The translations under genes were made by a program, and so were the position numbers. A stretch of DNA of 62,962 bases, counting the filler, from Collodictyon triciliatum (lineage: Eukaryota), in NCBI GenBank assembly GCA_043381765.1. It is 10 parts of 10 records of this genome, joined end to end, with 100 filler letters (N's around TTAATTAATTAA, not from the genome) between each part and the next. Parts side by side here need not be neighbours in the genome. Positions count along the whole stretch, not along the records: positions 32,391 to 38,771 come from JBHJMP010004498.1; positions 38,872 to 45,251 come from JBHJMP010004499.1; positions 45,352 to 51,730 come from JBHJMP010004500.1; 7 more parts are not named here. One strand, given 5' to 3'. The notes beneath the pieces were generated by a model. It was not told the origin of the DNA. It was given only the letters and a program-made list of their open reading frames with translations, and did no database searches. This document shows positions 32,720 through 45,551 of the stretch, one piece after another. Numbering within the stretch: position 1 is the first letter of the stretch; each line of letters opens with the position of its first letter.

Positions 32720-35700
32720 ATGATGCGTCTTATGTCCAAACCAAAACGCAGAGGCACCAACAACCCATTGATGCATCCGCCGCCAACGTTCCTCAACATT
32801 CCCCCGCCACACAACGAAGGCTTTCTTGTCCCCGAGCACAAAGCACCAGCCGAAATCCCACAGCGCAAAGAGCCGTATCGCTTCACCGCAGGCCCAAATA
32901 CGCGTGTTGTATATGACTCTGTAGACGGTGTTTCAAAAGCACAGGCTCAAACGCCACGCAACCTGCTTTCCATCATGCAGCACGGCAATATGACACCGGT
33001 TTATACTCCACTTAGCTCTGAAGACCGCACTTTGTCCTTTGAGTCCAGGTTCGAGTCTGGAAACCTGCGAAGGGCTATATTAGTGTAATTATTTATAAAT
33101 CATTTCGATTTTTTTATCATCACAAAATAAATATTTCATTCTTTATCGAATACATGTTCCTTTGAATGTTTTAAAAGTTTATTTGTATGTATTATGACCA
33201 AATGATGCGTTGCCCATTAGGTCCGAATTTGAGTACGACCTTATATTAAAACCCGACTCGAGCAAAAAGTCGTATACACAATGGTCCGTGCAGTATATAT
33301 TGAGTTTAATGATATTTCATTATCAATCTACGCGAATACTTTGATTTCCAGTGTATTTTGGAACACGACTACAGCTGCGAGTAGCAGAGGAGACATGCAT
33401 ATCTGATTATCTATTTTCTGCGGGTTCATTTCAATATGCCAATAGGAACCGCCTCTTTTTTTTTCATGAAATATTACATTAGGTTTTTCTTTTCTGTCTC
33501 AAACTTTCGGCCAGGATTTCCATATACATTCAACATCATCAACATGTACAAGCCCGATTCACTTCACAACTATGGAATGCAGCCTGTTGTATATTCGCAC
33601 ATTGACGCCACTACAAAACGTAAAGAAACTGCCTCCCGTTTTTCATCTCCACGATTTAGATTCATTTTGCATATATATTTTGATTTAGTTCCAGAGACCA
33701 GCGAGATTTATCGTTTTATTTTCTTAAATCGGTGTTATTTACAATCATGTAAATATCCAAGTCACTCTTTATTCATTTCTTTCCAGGAATCGGCTGGGTT
33801 CGAGGTGGCGAAAAGATTATGTATTACAAAAACGGGATCAAAAGGAGCAAATACCAAAGCTACTATACGTTGACGTTTACATTTTCCTTCAAAAGTATAA
33901 AATACTTTATGTTTTCAAATCTCTTTGTATAGTACTATCTATGCTTTTTTTTAACTAATTGTATTACGTCTGCCATACCATTATATTTTCATGTGAAATT
34001 ACAATTTTATGAAATCAATCGAACATTTATCAATCTTGGTCATTGCTGTTTCTTCTCTGGTGCTTTAGATGTGGATGATTTATGCTACTTCGCCTATTGC
34101 TATCCATATACATACTCGAATCTACAAACGTATGACGCATCTCTATCGCCTCAAGCATCGATCAGATGATTTGACCCTTCAAATATCATTACCTTCAAAA
34201 AAAATTAATGTACCAACAATTCTTCAAAATCATCAGAGACTTGATGATACTGGAGGCCGACCCTGAAAGAAGAAAAGTGATCAAGCGACGTCCGCTCTGT
34301 CAAACAACTGCTGGAAATGCGTGAGTGTACCCTTATCACGACTTCCATGAGCCAACCAGACACTATGCAAAGTATGATTCAAATTATAATTAGTAGATGT
34401 TTGTTTTGTAACACATGTATCTTTTTCAGATGTGAACTGTTGACAATCACATCATTTACATCTTCAACGGAGGCCATCCGAAACCGAAAAGGCATAGTCA
34501 TTACATCGCGTGTGCACCCAGGCGAAAGTTGTGCAAGGTTGTGTTTCGAAAAAAAAAAGCTCTTCGGAATTGAAGAAAACCTTTCTTCCTCATCCTTTTT
34601 TCTCTTCAATGCATGATTTTCCTTCCCCATTTTTGGAATCTTGTCGTCAAATACTGAATAATATTCGTCATATGACCGAAATGGGGAGGAAAGCTTGAAA
34701 ACTTTTATTTTTCTTTACTAAAGTTGCATTATTTCTCCTTTTCCTTTCAACTACGCGTAGCTGGGTCATGAAGGTATCTATTATGCACGAACAAAGTCGT
34801 ATTTGGGCACTCAAAAAGAAACTGCCTTTTTTTTTTTTTTTGTTCTCTTTTGTTAAATCCCATCTGATACACGGTAGGGTTTCATAAATTTTATAACTGG
34901 TTCATCTCCCGGCGCCTGTTTCCTGCGTGATAATTTTGTTTTCAAGGTTTGGTACCCACTTCTCTGTAAGATTGGCTGGAATATATGCCTCTTAATACAT
35001 CCCGCATAATTAGAATGAAGCTTATAATTTTGGTTAGTTTAAGTTGCGCTTACCGATATTAAGTTAATCTGCGCAATATTCGATAAATGATGTGCACACT
35101 CTACTTATTTGAGCATACAATCATTCATATATATCAGGTAGTTCCAATCCTCAACCCTGACGGCGTGATTAACGGAAGTTATCGCTGCTCTCTGTACGGA
35201 GATGATTTGAATCGCAACTGGGATGAACCGAGCAAAGCATATCATCCGACCATATACCATGCAAAAATTGTATTATTTAATCAGGAGGAATCTGTTTTCG
35301 TCAGCATAAAATTATGAAAATCAGGTCTTCCAGCTCCGCGGTGTCTGATACATTTCTTGCACGAAAATTTGTAGATGATTCAGAATCTCCTCGCTGACAG
35401 GCCTATCATGTTGTTTTGTGATATTCATGGCCACAGGTAAATCATATCTTTTTCTTTTCTTCTTTTCTTTTTCCTTATTTTTGGTGTGATGAGGGTTTTT
35501 TTTTTTTTAGGATTTTTGAACGCTGAATCACTGCAAATTTAACTAATAATTCATTCATGGGATTAGCCGAAAGCGAAATGTGTTTATGTATGGATGTGGG
35601 GATGATGGTTCTGATTACAATAGAGAAGATAGAGTTTTCCCCCGGCTGCTGGAGATAAGGTTTGACTCCTACTTTTAAATACATTTCTCAATATAGGATT

Positions 35701-38103
35701 GCGTCCGTTTTAATTTTAATTTGATTCTAATTTCTCATCGCATACAATTGGTGATGTCTTGCATGAGGCTGTTGTCTTTGTGGCAACTGTATTTTCTTTT
35801 CTAACCAAATCATTTGTGGATTGACCAGGTCTCGCATGTTTTCATTCGTAGATTCAAGATTCACTGTACAGAAGAGCAAATTAGCCACAGCTCGAGTTTG
35901 CTTTTCTTTATAAAAAAATCAGGAACATTTTATCTGATTCTGTATCAATCTTTTTTGCAATGTATGCGTGTATATGAATTTCTATTCGTTTTAGGTTGTC
36001 ATGAGACGCGAATTCGACATCACAAACTCATACACATTAGAGGCTTCTTTGGCTGGGTATTACAACTCAGATGTACCAAATGGCGTTCACTTTAATACTC
36101 TGCATTTCCAGGTTTGATAGACAGCATACCCATACAGCCATGCAACCATCATGCAACTCGTAGTAGCCCTCTCTTTTTTCTTAACTGTTCCATTTCTTTT
36201 ATTTCTGCTGTTGTTTTTTCTTTAATCTTGATGATTTAGTATTCTTTGCTAGACTTTTTCTAATAATGCAACTTTCATCGCTCTCAGCAAATGGGTGAGA
36301 CATTTTGCCTCTCCCTAATTGATTTGGTTCGTGAAAAAACAGTGGTTCAATCCATCATGAACGAAGCACCAGCCTCAGCCTCTCAACCTGACTTGGGGTC
36401 GGATGATTCGGACTACAGGTATGTCATGCCTGCTAGTATACGTAGTCCGTAATGGATCAGCTAATACCAGCTTGGCTGGACAAGTATCAGCTGCTTCTTT
36501 TTTTTTTTATTATTATTATTTCTTTACAGATAAAAATATATGATACCTCAAGCTAGATTTTATTTTTCATCACATAATTGTGATTACTGTTGTGTGTGTT
36601 GTGTCTCGTGCATAGTTCTCCAGATGAAGACCAAGGTGTGAAATCTGACCGCAAGGGAAAGAAAAAATCGAAAAAATCAAAGTCAAAAAAGTCTGGTGAG
36701 TTTATATGTGAACTTAAATGAAACATAAAAAAAAAGAAAAAAAAAGGGGGAAGCTGATTGCTACAATTTTCAAATAAGTGTCACTTTGCATCATATTTCA
36801 ATCATCATCTCAATATCGATGCATCAGTCGTTGACAACCACCCTGCGTACTTTTTCTTGTATTAGCCAAACCACCTTTCGATACAAGGGATAGCAATATC
36901 GCCATCATGAACAGTGCTTTTATAGCTGACATGAAGTTGGACAAGTCGCCCAAAATAGTGCATTTTATTTTGTATTTTGAACACTACCTTTATTGTTTGC
37001 CACAGCCTACTAATTATGCAGCACATATTCAATTAGTCAGCCAAGTATCGACCGTCCGAGGAGTCTATTCTGCGACCTACGCCGCCGATGCCACGGTCTG
37101 CCAGTAATAGTGTTGTTGTCACGCCTGCTGGAGTTGCCACCGCAGAGTTTTCAACCAGGTCGTCCTCATCAGCGGGGAACACGAGGCCTGACGAAGCAGC
37201 AGGAACCCAAGGCGCACAGCCGGTTTGTTTGAAGGAGCGGCTTCGACGTCTGCACCAGGCAGCAAACGAATACTTCCTTCGGTCTCTCCAGACACCAGGG
37301 GCGGAACCAACATTCGAGGCTAGGGACCCATATGAATATCGATTTACAGCCAGAGGGAAAGTATCAAACCAGCACTGCTCCCCTTGTTCATATATATATG
37401 TTATGTATTTTTTGGTGTGCTATCTGTATGTTTCACTCATCCTGCAGCTCTGTTGATTCTAAAGGCATTTGACGTCCTTTTTCATAGCGACTCATTTAAT
37501 TCTGTGTGTATTTATCGAAATAACTCTCACAACCCCCAGCCTGACGAAGACGCAAACATGGCCGAGGACGATATTTCAGCAAGCCGAATCCTGTCTGCAA
37601 GGGTGAAGTCACTGAGCGAGATTGAAACAATCAGGCAGCCGCGAAGCGTATTTTCCACACTGATTTCTAACTTTATTATATTTCGTTCGCGATTGGGCCA
37701 ATTGATATATGTAATTATTTGAAAACAATTTGTAAAAAAAAAAAAAAAAAAAAATCGACGTGATTATTAGACCCGACCAAACTCTGCCACCAGCATCCGT
37801 AACTTTCTCGCCATACGCCGCATGGAACCTTCCATCGTTTGTTGTCACTTGAAAGAAATATACTATTACTGTATATACATGAGGGAGCGATGCATACCCT
37901 TTTTATCCTTTCTTATTTCTTTTAAAATTAGAATACCATCAACATGTCGGAGCAAATCAACGGATTCCTCAACCCAGTTTGCAACATTACCATCGAAATA
38001 TCAGTTTTACAAATTATATCCATCCACACGATTTAATCGCAAAAATATGGCTTCTCAGTACCCGTCGAGCAAGCTTCCGAGAATTCCTAGACCCCTAGAA
38101 TGA
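32720..38103 (+). CDS. Cytosolic carboxypeptidase (tubulin deglutamylase, CCP/AGBL/Nna1 family, M14D), about 20 exons
   Basis: [74 protein letters not shown] (Zn-binding His and Glu), [28 protein letters not shown] (third Zn ligand), SYTLEAS (catalytic Glu). The C-terminal exons are low-complexity and less certain. Confidence 0.93.
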
Positions 38104-39102
38104 CAAATCCCGTATATCCAAGTCCATCGCTTCTGCTTTGTATACCCCTTCTATCCTGAGTTGTGTAATATTGTTTTTTACTTTATTTATTCAGCCGGAG
38201 GTTATCACTTTTTTATTCTAAATACTACAATTAGTCCATGAAATAGCTTCGTATCATTTATATCTGTGTGAAATGCTTTATACCTCATTTTTCTGGGATA
38301 AAATAAACCGTTGGTAATTCGACATACGGAAAAAACAACGTTGCGACTGCGAAAAAGTAAAACGAGAAAGCAGTAGGAACAAAAAATAATTATGTGTCAA
38401 AATCGGTGTGCTTCTGCTGCCTTTGGTGATGGCGAGTTGGCGCCAGAAGATGACCGATATCCTGTGAGTATGGGGACAAAGCGGATGTCAAGACTCGGCT
38501 ATTCTGGTTGGCCAGCCAATCGCTTCGTTCCGATTGCACGGTTTCTGCTCTTCATTTTCGCTTCTGTCAGTTTTTTTTATTATTATTCTTTCTTTCAATT
38601 TTGTGCAGGACCGAGGGGTGTTGGCTTTGGTTCGCTAGCCATCTTTTGCACAGACGCTACTTGTTGGCTGGTTGGCAGAGAAGTAGTCGGTAATCAGGAA
38701 TTGCATCCTGCGGTTTGGCCTGTAGCCTGGGTCTTGTGCTTGCATAAGAGATACAAGGCGAGGTTTAATATNNNNNNNNNNNNNNNNNNNNNNNNNNNNN
38801 NNNNNNNNNNNNNNNTTAATTAATTAANNNNNNNNNNNNNNNNNNNNNNNNNNNNNNNNNNNNNNNNNNNNTTATTTTCTCTTTCTTTATTCACAGTTTT
38901 TTTTCTATTGTTTGAGAAGGCACTCAATCCAAAGCCGATGAAATCGATGTTCTATTGCATCTTTGACTTAACTCTATATTCTACTCATTTTGTTTTGTTT
39001 TGTTTTGTTTTGTTTTGTTTTGTTTTGTTTTGTTTTGTTTTGTTTTGTTTTGTTTTGTTTTGTTTTGTTTTGTTTTGTTTTGTTTTTCATGTAAAACCAA
39101 AG

Positions 39103-41673
39103 TATTGGAGCGTAAAGAAGAAGAAGCAAGGGTCAAGGAAAAGGAACGGCTTAGAATAGAAGAAAAAGCTGCCAGGGAATCTTTTCTTGTAAGTTTATGA
39201 AACTGGGATAAAATTAACATGGTTGGGTATGCACTGTGCTGCCTTTTTTTCTTTTATGTCAATTTCTTTTATTTGGAATCAAAAATGTCTAAACCATTTA
39301 CGATAACTCAGGATATATTGAGCAATATGAAAAAGGACGGCTCTTTGAATGCGAAATCAGATGTTTCCAAAATATATGAGACAATTAAAACAGATACTGA
39401 CATCCAAGTCAACAAATTGGTCAAGTATATGCGCCACTATATCCTTTTCTGCTGTCGTTTCTTGTTGTTTCAAAGATAGATTATTTATGTTGCAGTGTCG
39501 TAACAACGCCTAATCAATCTTTGACAGGCCCTCTGCCAAGGAATTAATCCAGGAGCAAATTGAGGGACTTCATTTGAAATATATGGCAACAAGGAACGAC
39601 ATTATTCAGATTATCAAGGTCCGACAAAAATCTACAACTCTCTTATAGGAAAAAAAAACTATGAAATGCATATAGTCGAATAAAGTTTCCATTTTAAATG
39701 ATTACTTATTTCGTGTTATTATTCATAGGAAAGCGGCTTTCAGATGACTCGAGACACTAGCGCTGAGGAACTTGCTTCTGTAATCGCCACTAGCGACAAA
39801 CTTTCTGATATCTTATCATCCGAGATTATGTTCCTACATGATGAGGTGGGTTGCTCTCCACAATGTTACGATACATCCAATCTCAAAAGCATTTTTAGTA
39901 TGAAGGATGTAAGCGCTTCAATCTTAGTCCACCGGGCAACATTTTCACTCACAGCATCATAGTTGGCGCACAGGATTCGTCAGAAAGAAAAGGTCGAAGA
40001 AAGAAGACACGAAATTGTTTGTGAAAAATATAAACTCTATCTGGAAAAAAAAGACATTAGATTGAATATGACATGGGAAGCGGTGAGTCCTCGTTTGTTT
40101 GTTTGTTTTTTATTTGTTTTTATTTGTTTTTTATTTGTTTTTTATTTGTTTTTTATTTGTTTTTTATTTGTTTTTTATTTGTTTTTTATTTGTTTTTTGT
40201 TTGTTTGTTTATTTGTTTGTTTATTTGTTTGATTGTTTGATTGTTTGATTGTTTGATTGTTTGATTGTTTGATTGTTTGATTGTTTGATTGTTTGATTGT
40301 TTGATTGTTTGATTGTTTACTCTTAATGCGATAAATTCTACAGGAATTCGCCCGTCGAATGTCACTAATCTTTCTTTTCTCCCGTAGTTCAAGCCCAAAA
40401 TTGAAAAATCTGCCATTTACAAAGCAATGGACTCTGAACCGGCGAGCAAGCAATTATTTGAAGAGCACATGAAACACTTACGTGAACTTAAAGAACAGGT
40501 AATTACTCTGCATCATCATCGTATTTAGTGCGGGGGAAATTATGGTGCAGGAAAAGGTCAGTTAATTATCAGAATTGTATGGTTTTTTCTTACTGTATGT
40601 AAACCAAACACAGGGCTGTCTCGAAGAAAGTGAGGAAGAAGAAGGGCTTGTGTCTGAAGATGACCCAGAGGAAGAAAGGGAGATTGTAGAAGATTTGCAC
40701 ATAGACATATACAAACCTTTTTCGGTATGTAGCTGATCGTCTTCACTGGGACTCCTGAACATGCGTTTTTCTTTTATAGTAATTGAATACATTTGAATGG
40801 TTATAGAAGCCAAAGGAGAAGCCGAGCCAGTCTCAGCCGAAGCATGAGGAAAGGTTTGATCTTTCCTCTTAATTTTTTGATTTAGTTTTGAATTGGTTGG
40901 TTTGAAATCATTCCTGATTTATGGTATGTGAGGATTAAGTTCAGAAAAATACTTTGAATCTGAGTATGTTTTATATTTCGTGGTAATACAACTCAAGTAA
41001 ATATAATTTGTTGACAGGTCGCTGGAAAAGTCGAGGCAAAAGAGAAAGGTTAGTCTCTTCTAAAAAAAATTCTAATTTCTTTCTTTTTTCTTTATTTCTT
41101 TTTTTCTTCTTTTTTTCTTCTTTTTTTCTTCTTTTTTTCTTCTTTTTTTCTTCTTTTTTTCTTCTTTTTTTCTTCTTTTTTTCTTCTTTTTTTCTTTTTT
41201 TTTTCTTCTTTTTTTCTTCTTTTTTTCTTCTTTTTTTCTTCTTTTTTCTTCTTTTTTCTTCTTTTTTCTTCTTTTTTCTTCTTTTTTCTTCTTCTTTTTT
41301 TCTTCTTTTTTTCTTCTTTTTTTCTTCTTTTTTTCTTCTTTTTTAATACTATTTTGTCAACACCGTAGCTCCCTCATCGCTCTGGCATCCTCATTTGAAG
41401 TTATGACGCAAGAATTAAATCCTTTATTAAATTGCATTGTGTTTCAAGGACTCGAGTGAAAGTGATAGCGAAAGTGATAAAAGTGATGAACGAGAGTCAC
41501 GGCGAAAGCAACGCAGGCGCACATCAGGTATCGGCCAATTCACCAACCACATCCAATCGCATCCCAAAAATATATTAAGGCTCTCGTCTCTGTTATATTC
41601 AAACGACCGCGCTGCCCGCTGAAGCCGACTCATTTCGTACCCTTCAGATCCATCTGGACATCGCCGCAAGTGA
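39103..41673 (+). CDS. Prp40/PRPF40-like FF-domain splicing factor, C-terminal part; 5' partial
   Basis: Spliced exons: EKERLRIEEKAARESFLDILSNMKKDGSLNAKS..PSAKELIQEQIEGL..IIQIIKESGFQMTRDTS..KEKVEERR..IRLNMTWEAFKPKIEKSAIYKAM..KQLFEEHMKHL, then ESEEEEGLV and a charged tail. The pattern fits the last FF repeats of Prp40. Confidence 0.68.
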
Positions 41674-42007
41674 TCACCAGGCCGCAGGACGTGGCGGATT
41701 CCAATCCCAGCTGCATTCCTCTTTTGCTGCTTCCTTCACATCGGCTCTCTTTTGTTCCTCTCTTCTTTTTCTTACTTTCTTTTTTTCTTCCTCCTTTCTT
41801 ATTTTCCTACTTCACTCTGCGACAAACTCTGGCGATTACCTGTTTTATTCATTACCTTAGAAGGAGAACAAAAAAAGAAAAACAGAGGAAGCACTGTTCA
41901 TTGCATCGCCATCTATCCCAGACGATTTTGTTTTCGCACTATCGAAAGAGTAAACCTCCTCCATTTCTGCATTTTGCAAACTGTCTGTTTCCTATCTGTT
42001 TCATTTT

Positions 42008-45000
42008 TTATTTTATTTTCCTTTTGGATTCCTCTTGTTTAGTAGGGATGCGCGTATCCCATCGGCTCTGGTAGGGGCTCCTGCTCTGTCCAACAAAGCC
42101 AGGGTGGCTATTTGTATATCGTATGTGCGGAGTACTCTGCGATGATGATGGAGATGAAGAGGACGAGAATCCACATGATAAGCGAGCCCTGCAGGAAGAG
42201 AACGAAAGCATTGCGGCGTTAGTGCGCATCTTTGTTGCTGGCATTGACCCGCAATGAACACAGGCGCGAAAGCAGCTTACCAGACGGCTCAATCGGCTCA
42301 GCTGGCTCTGAATCTCGATATTTCTCACACTAGTTGAATCGAAAGGCTGCGTCAGTACCCAAACATTTCTGGACATAGCTTTTGTTTTCTCTTTGATTTT
42401 TGTGTTGATGGGAGAGGAATGAGCACAGCATCGCAGATACAATGTCGATTATATGTGGCGGGAGGAAATTATAGAATGGTATCGTGATGGACACGCACTA
42501 GAGTCTTTCAAGTTCGGCTGCAAGCTGTGGATGCAAATAGGAATTTCAGTAAGTCTCCCACATAAAAGAGCATTCGGAAAGGAAAGGCGGGAGAAGAGGA
42601 AGGGAACAGAAGAGCTTGAATCGTCCATGATGGCCGATTGCGAGCGTTTGAGAACAAGAAACATGGGTATATATATCCGAAGGCAGAGATAAAAGACCTG
42701 GCTGTTCTCTTGTATTAAAGCTTTAGTGCTATTGGTATGCCCATCCAGCTGTGCTTTCAACTTGTCCAGGTTGCTTTTGGCCTCACCAAGTTTGTCCAAA
42801 CAGTAGAGTTGAACATTTTCGCTGGGTACTGTGATGTGTTAATCGATATCGGGTGAGGGTAGTGAAACGATGCTGAGGAAGTTTGTTTCGGTAAATAGTA
42901 AAATGAAATAAGCGTCAATCATTAGTAATTACCAATAACTAGATTATATCAGTTAAAAGAGAAAATTTACGTTGTTTCTGCCAGGATTTTTTTTAAATGA
43001 ATAAAATTGTGTTCAAGCGCAGACAAATTTAATGAAAGAGATGGAAAGATGGAGGGAATGATTATATTTAAATGGTGTTAGTAATTGCAATTATTTGGGT
43101 TGTGTCGCTTAATGGTTGTGTATAACCCAAATGTCCACTTCTGAGAGTATTGTAGAAGCCTTTGCATGTTACAGGCTGTGGCATATTACGTATTTTTTCG
43201 AAAAAAGAAAATAGAAAATACTCACATCCTGCCCATTGTCTGCAAACTCAATCAAATAATTGATATGTTCGAGAAGAGTCATGAGTTGTAAGCGGCCTTG
43301 TTCGGAACGGAGATATTTGTCTTCATCCGGGTTCATTGGGGGCTTACTTGGCCCAGGACCTTCCAGCCGACTGGGTTGTTTCTGATTAGGACTGAAGCCC
43401 AAACCTCCAGCCGGCGCATTGTGGCCGGGCATTTCGTCACGCCTAGGGTAGCCACCTGACCTAGATGCATCCGCAGTCTTGACAACATCGCTCCTAACCA
43501 ACGCCAGGGGGCCATCAGCATGACGCGGACCCTCAAAACGCTCGTTTGTCTCATGGGGTGGATAATAGTTGTCAAGGCCAGACGAGCTGATGCCCAAGGT
43601 GAATGTTGCGGGCGGTCCACGCGACAAGGCTGCATGATTATCTCTTTCGTCTCCAGCATGGATTGAAAGCTGAGGCAAATAATTGCAAATAAGGCTAGTG
43701 CCATCACCAGTCGAATATTGATCAAATCCGCCCTGTGAGAACGTTTCTTTTCCCGTATCTGCACTTGCTATCTTGCCGTGTTGCATCATGTCCACATTCC
43801 AAAGTGTTTTCTCTGAGGGCGGTATCGGAAGTTGTGATAATCCAACTTCAGTCGAAGTGGATTCTAAATCAGTATTCAACTTTGCTGATCCACTTTTAGA
43901 ACCAGCAGACACATGCCCTGGAGGTTGCATGCGAGGGCCAGGTATGCCGCTCTGAAATCGTATTTGTGAAGGTCCAGGAACAGTACCCATGGACTTTCCT
44001 GGTTGGGTGGGTGCTATTGATTGTTGATCCCTCGCATTGTGACTGGCGCTTATTGTGCGCTCATCTCCTCTTGTAGGATTTGAGAGTGGGCCTTGAGTAC
44101 TTGCTATTTGGGGGTCGTTATGTACTTCGGGTATTGATGTGCGTCCAAATATCGCGGGGTTTGAGACAGGTAAGGTAGATATTGGTGCATTTCCAAATGG
44201 CGCGGCATTTGATGCAGGGAAGAATCTTGGTTCATCGAGTTTTGACGGGTTTCCCGATAGTGTGGCATTTGATGCAGGAAAGAGTGGTTTGGTGTTTGGT
44301 GCAGTAGTAGTTGAACCTGATGTACCTCCAAATGGCGCGGCATTTGATGCAGGAAAGAATGTTGGTTCATCGAGTTTTGACGGGTTTCCCGATAGTGTGG
44401 GATTTGACGCAGGAAAGAGTGGTTTGGTGTTTGGTGCAGTAGTGGTCGAACCTGATGTACCTCCAAATGGCGCGGCATTTGATGCAGGAAAGAATGTTGG
44501 TTCATCGAGTTTTGATGTGCGTCCTAATGTCGTGGGGTTTGAGACATGGAAGGTAGATGTTGGTGCATTTCCAAGCGATGCATTATGTGATGCTGATGTA
44601 TCGGGCTTCGATGTGTTTCCTTGTGGTGGCTTGTTAATGGATAGGAAATTGAAATTTGGTGCATCTGACTTCGAGGTTGTTGAAAAGGATGTCGAGTTGA
44701 ACGGTGTTGAGGAAGTGTCTGTTCCGCCTGACGAGATGATATGGCTGTTTGAAGACGGCGCGGGTTGGTTGCTAGTAGTAAATGAAAACGAAGATGACGA
44801 ACTAGAATATGATTGCCCGATAAGCCTATTTGGGTCCAGTTTGTCTGTATTGGAAGGCTGGGCTAGTGGGTAAGATGCTTCTTTCGTATTCATGAATTGA
44901 AAATGGCCGGGAAGTTTAGAGTCAGCATCAAAGAGAACGTTTGAATGTTGGAAGTTGGTTTTTCGGGATGATGTGGACGCTGTCGAAAATGATGCAGTAT

Positions 45001-45082
45001 TTTTAGATTGATCAGAGCCCAGCATAGAATTCATGTCAAGCGCTTTTGAAATCCCTGTGGGATAGAAGACAAAAAACCTCAT
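42008..45082 (-). CDS. Hypothetical Ser/Thr/Pro-rich protein with internal 45-aa tandem repeats and a C-terminal coiled coil
   Basis: A 1.9-kb open first exon ending at a GTGAGT donor (about 43226), followed by exons LDKLGEAKSNLDKLKAQL.. and ..NIEIQSQLSRLSRL.. No confident family. Confidence 0.7.
44188..44515 (-). repeat. 135-bp coding tandem repeat (about 2.4 copies)
   Basis: The anchor GGTTCATCGAGTTTTGA recurs at 44229, 44364 and 44499. The unit is SKLDEPTFFPASNAAPFGGTSGSTTTAPNTKPLFPASNxTLSGNP. Confidence 0.95.
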
Positions 45083-45359
45083 CAATCTTGTTTTATTGTT
45101 GTTTGTTTGTTTGTTTGTTTGTTTGTTTGTTTGTTTGTTTGTTTGTTTGTTTGTTTGTTTGTTTGTTTGTTTGTTTGTTTTTTGTTTGTTTTTTTGTTTG
45201 TTTTTTTGTTTGTTTTTTTGTTTGTTTTTTTTTGTTTGTTTTTTTTTTGTTNNNNNNNNNNNNNNNNNNNNNNNNNNNNNNNNNNNNNNNNNNNNTTAAT
45301 TAATTAANNNNNNNNNNNNNNNNNNNNNNNNNNNNNNNNNNNNNNNNNNNNTAAAAAAC

Positions 45360-45502
45360 TCCCTGGAATTTATGGGGCATCAACCCCGCGAACTGGATAG
45401 AAAATCAATCAGAAGATAACGATGTTGATATTTCTTGTATGTTTTCGTGTGGTAAAACGAATGCTTCACAGAAACACATTCGCTCTTTTTTTTTTTTTTT
45501 TT

Positions 45503-45551
<49 letters not shown>

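Noticed and set aside
38392-38771. Possible first exons of Prp40 (and 32520-32625 as the first exon of the 31629 gene)
   Set aside because: They lie on different scaffolds from those genes and encode no recognisable domain. They may be starts of other genes but cannot be supported.
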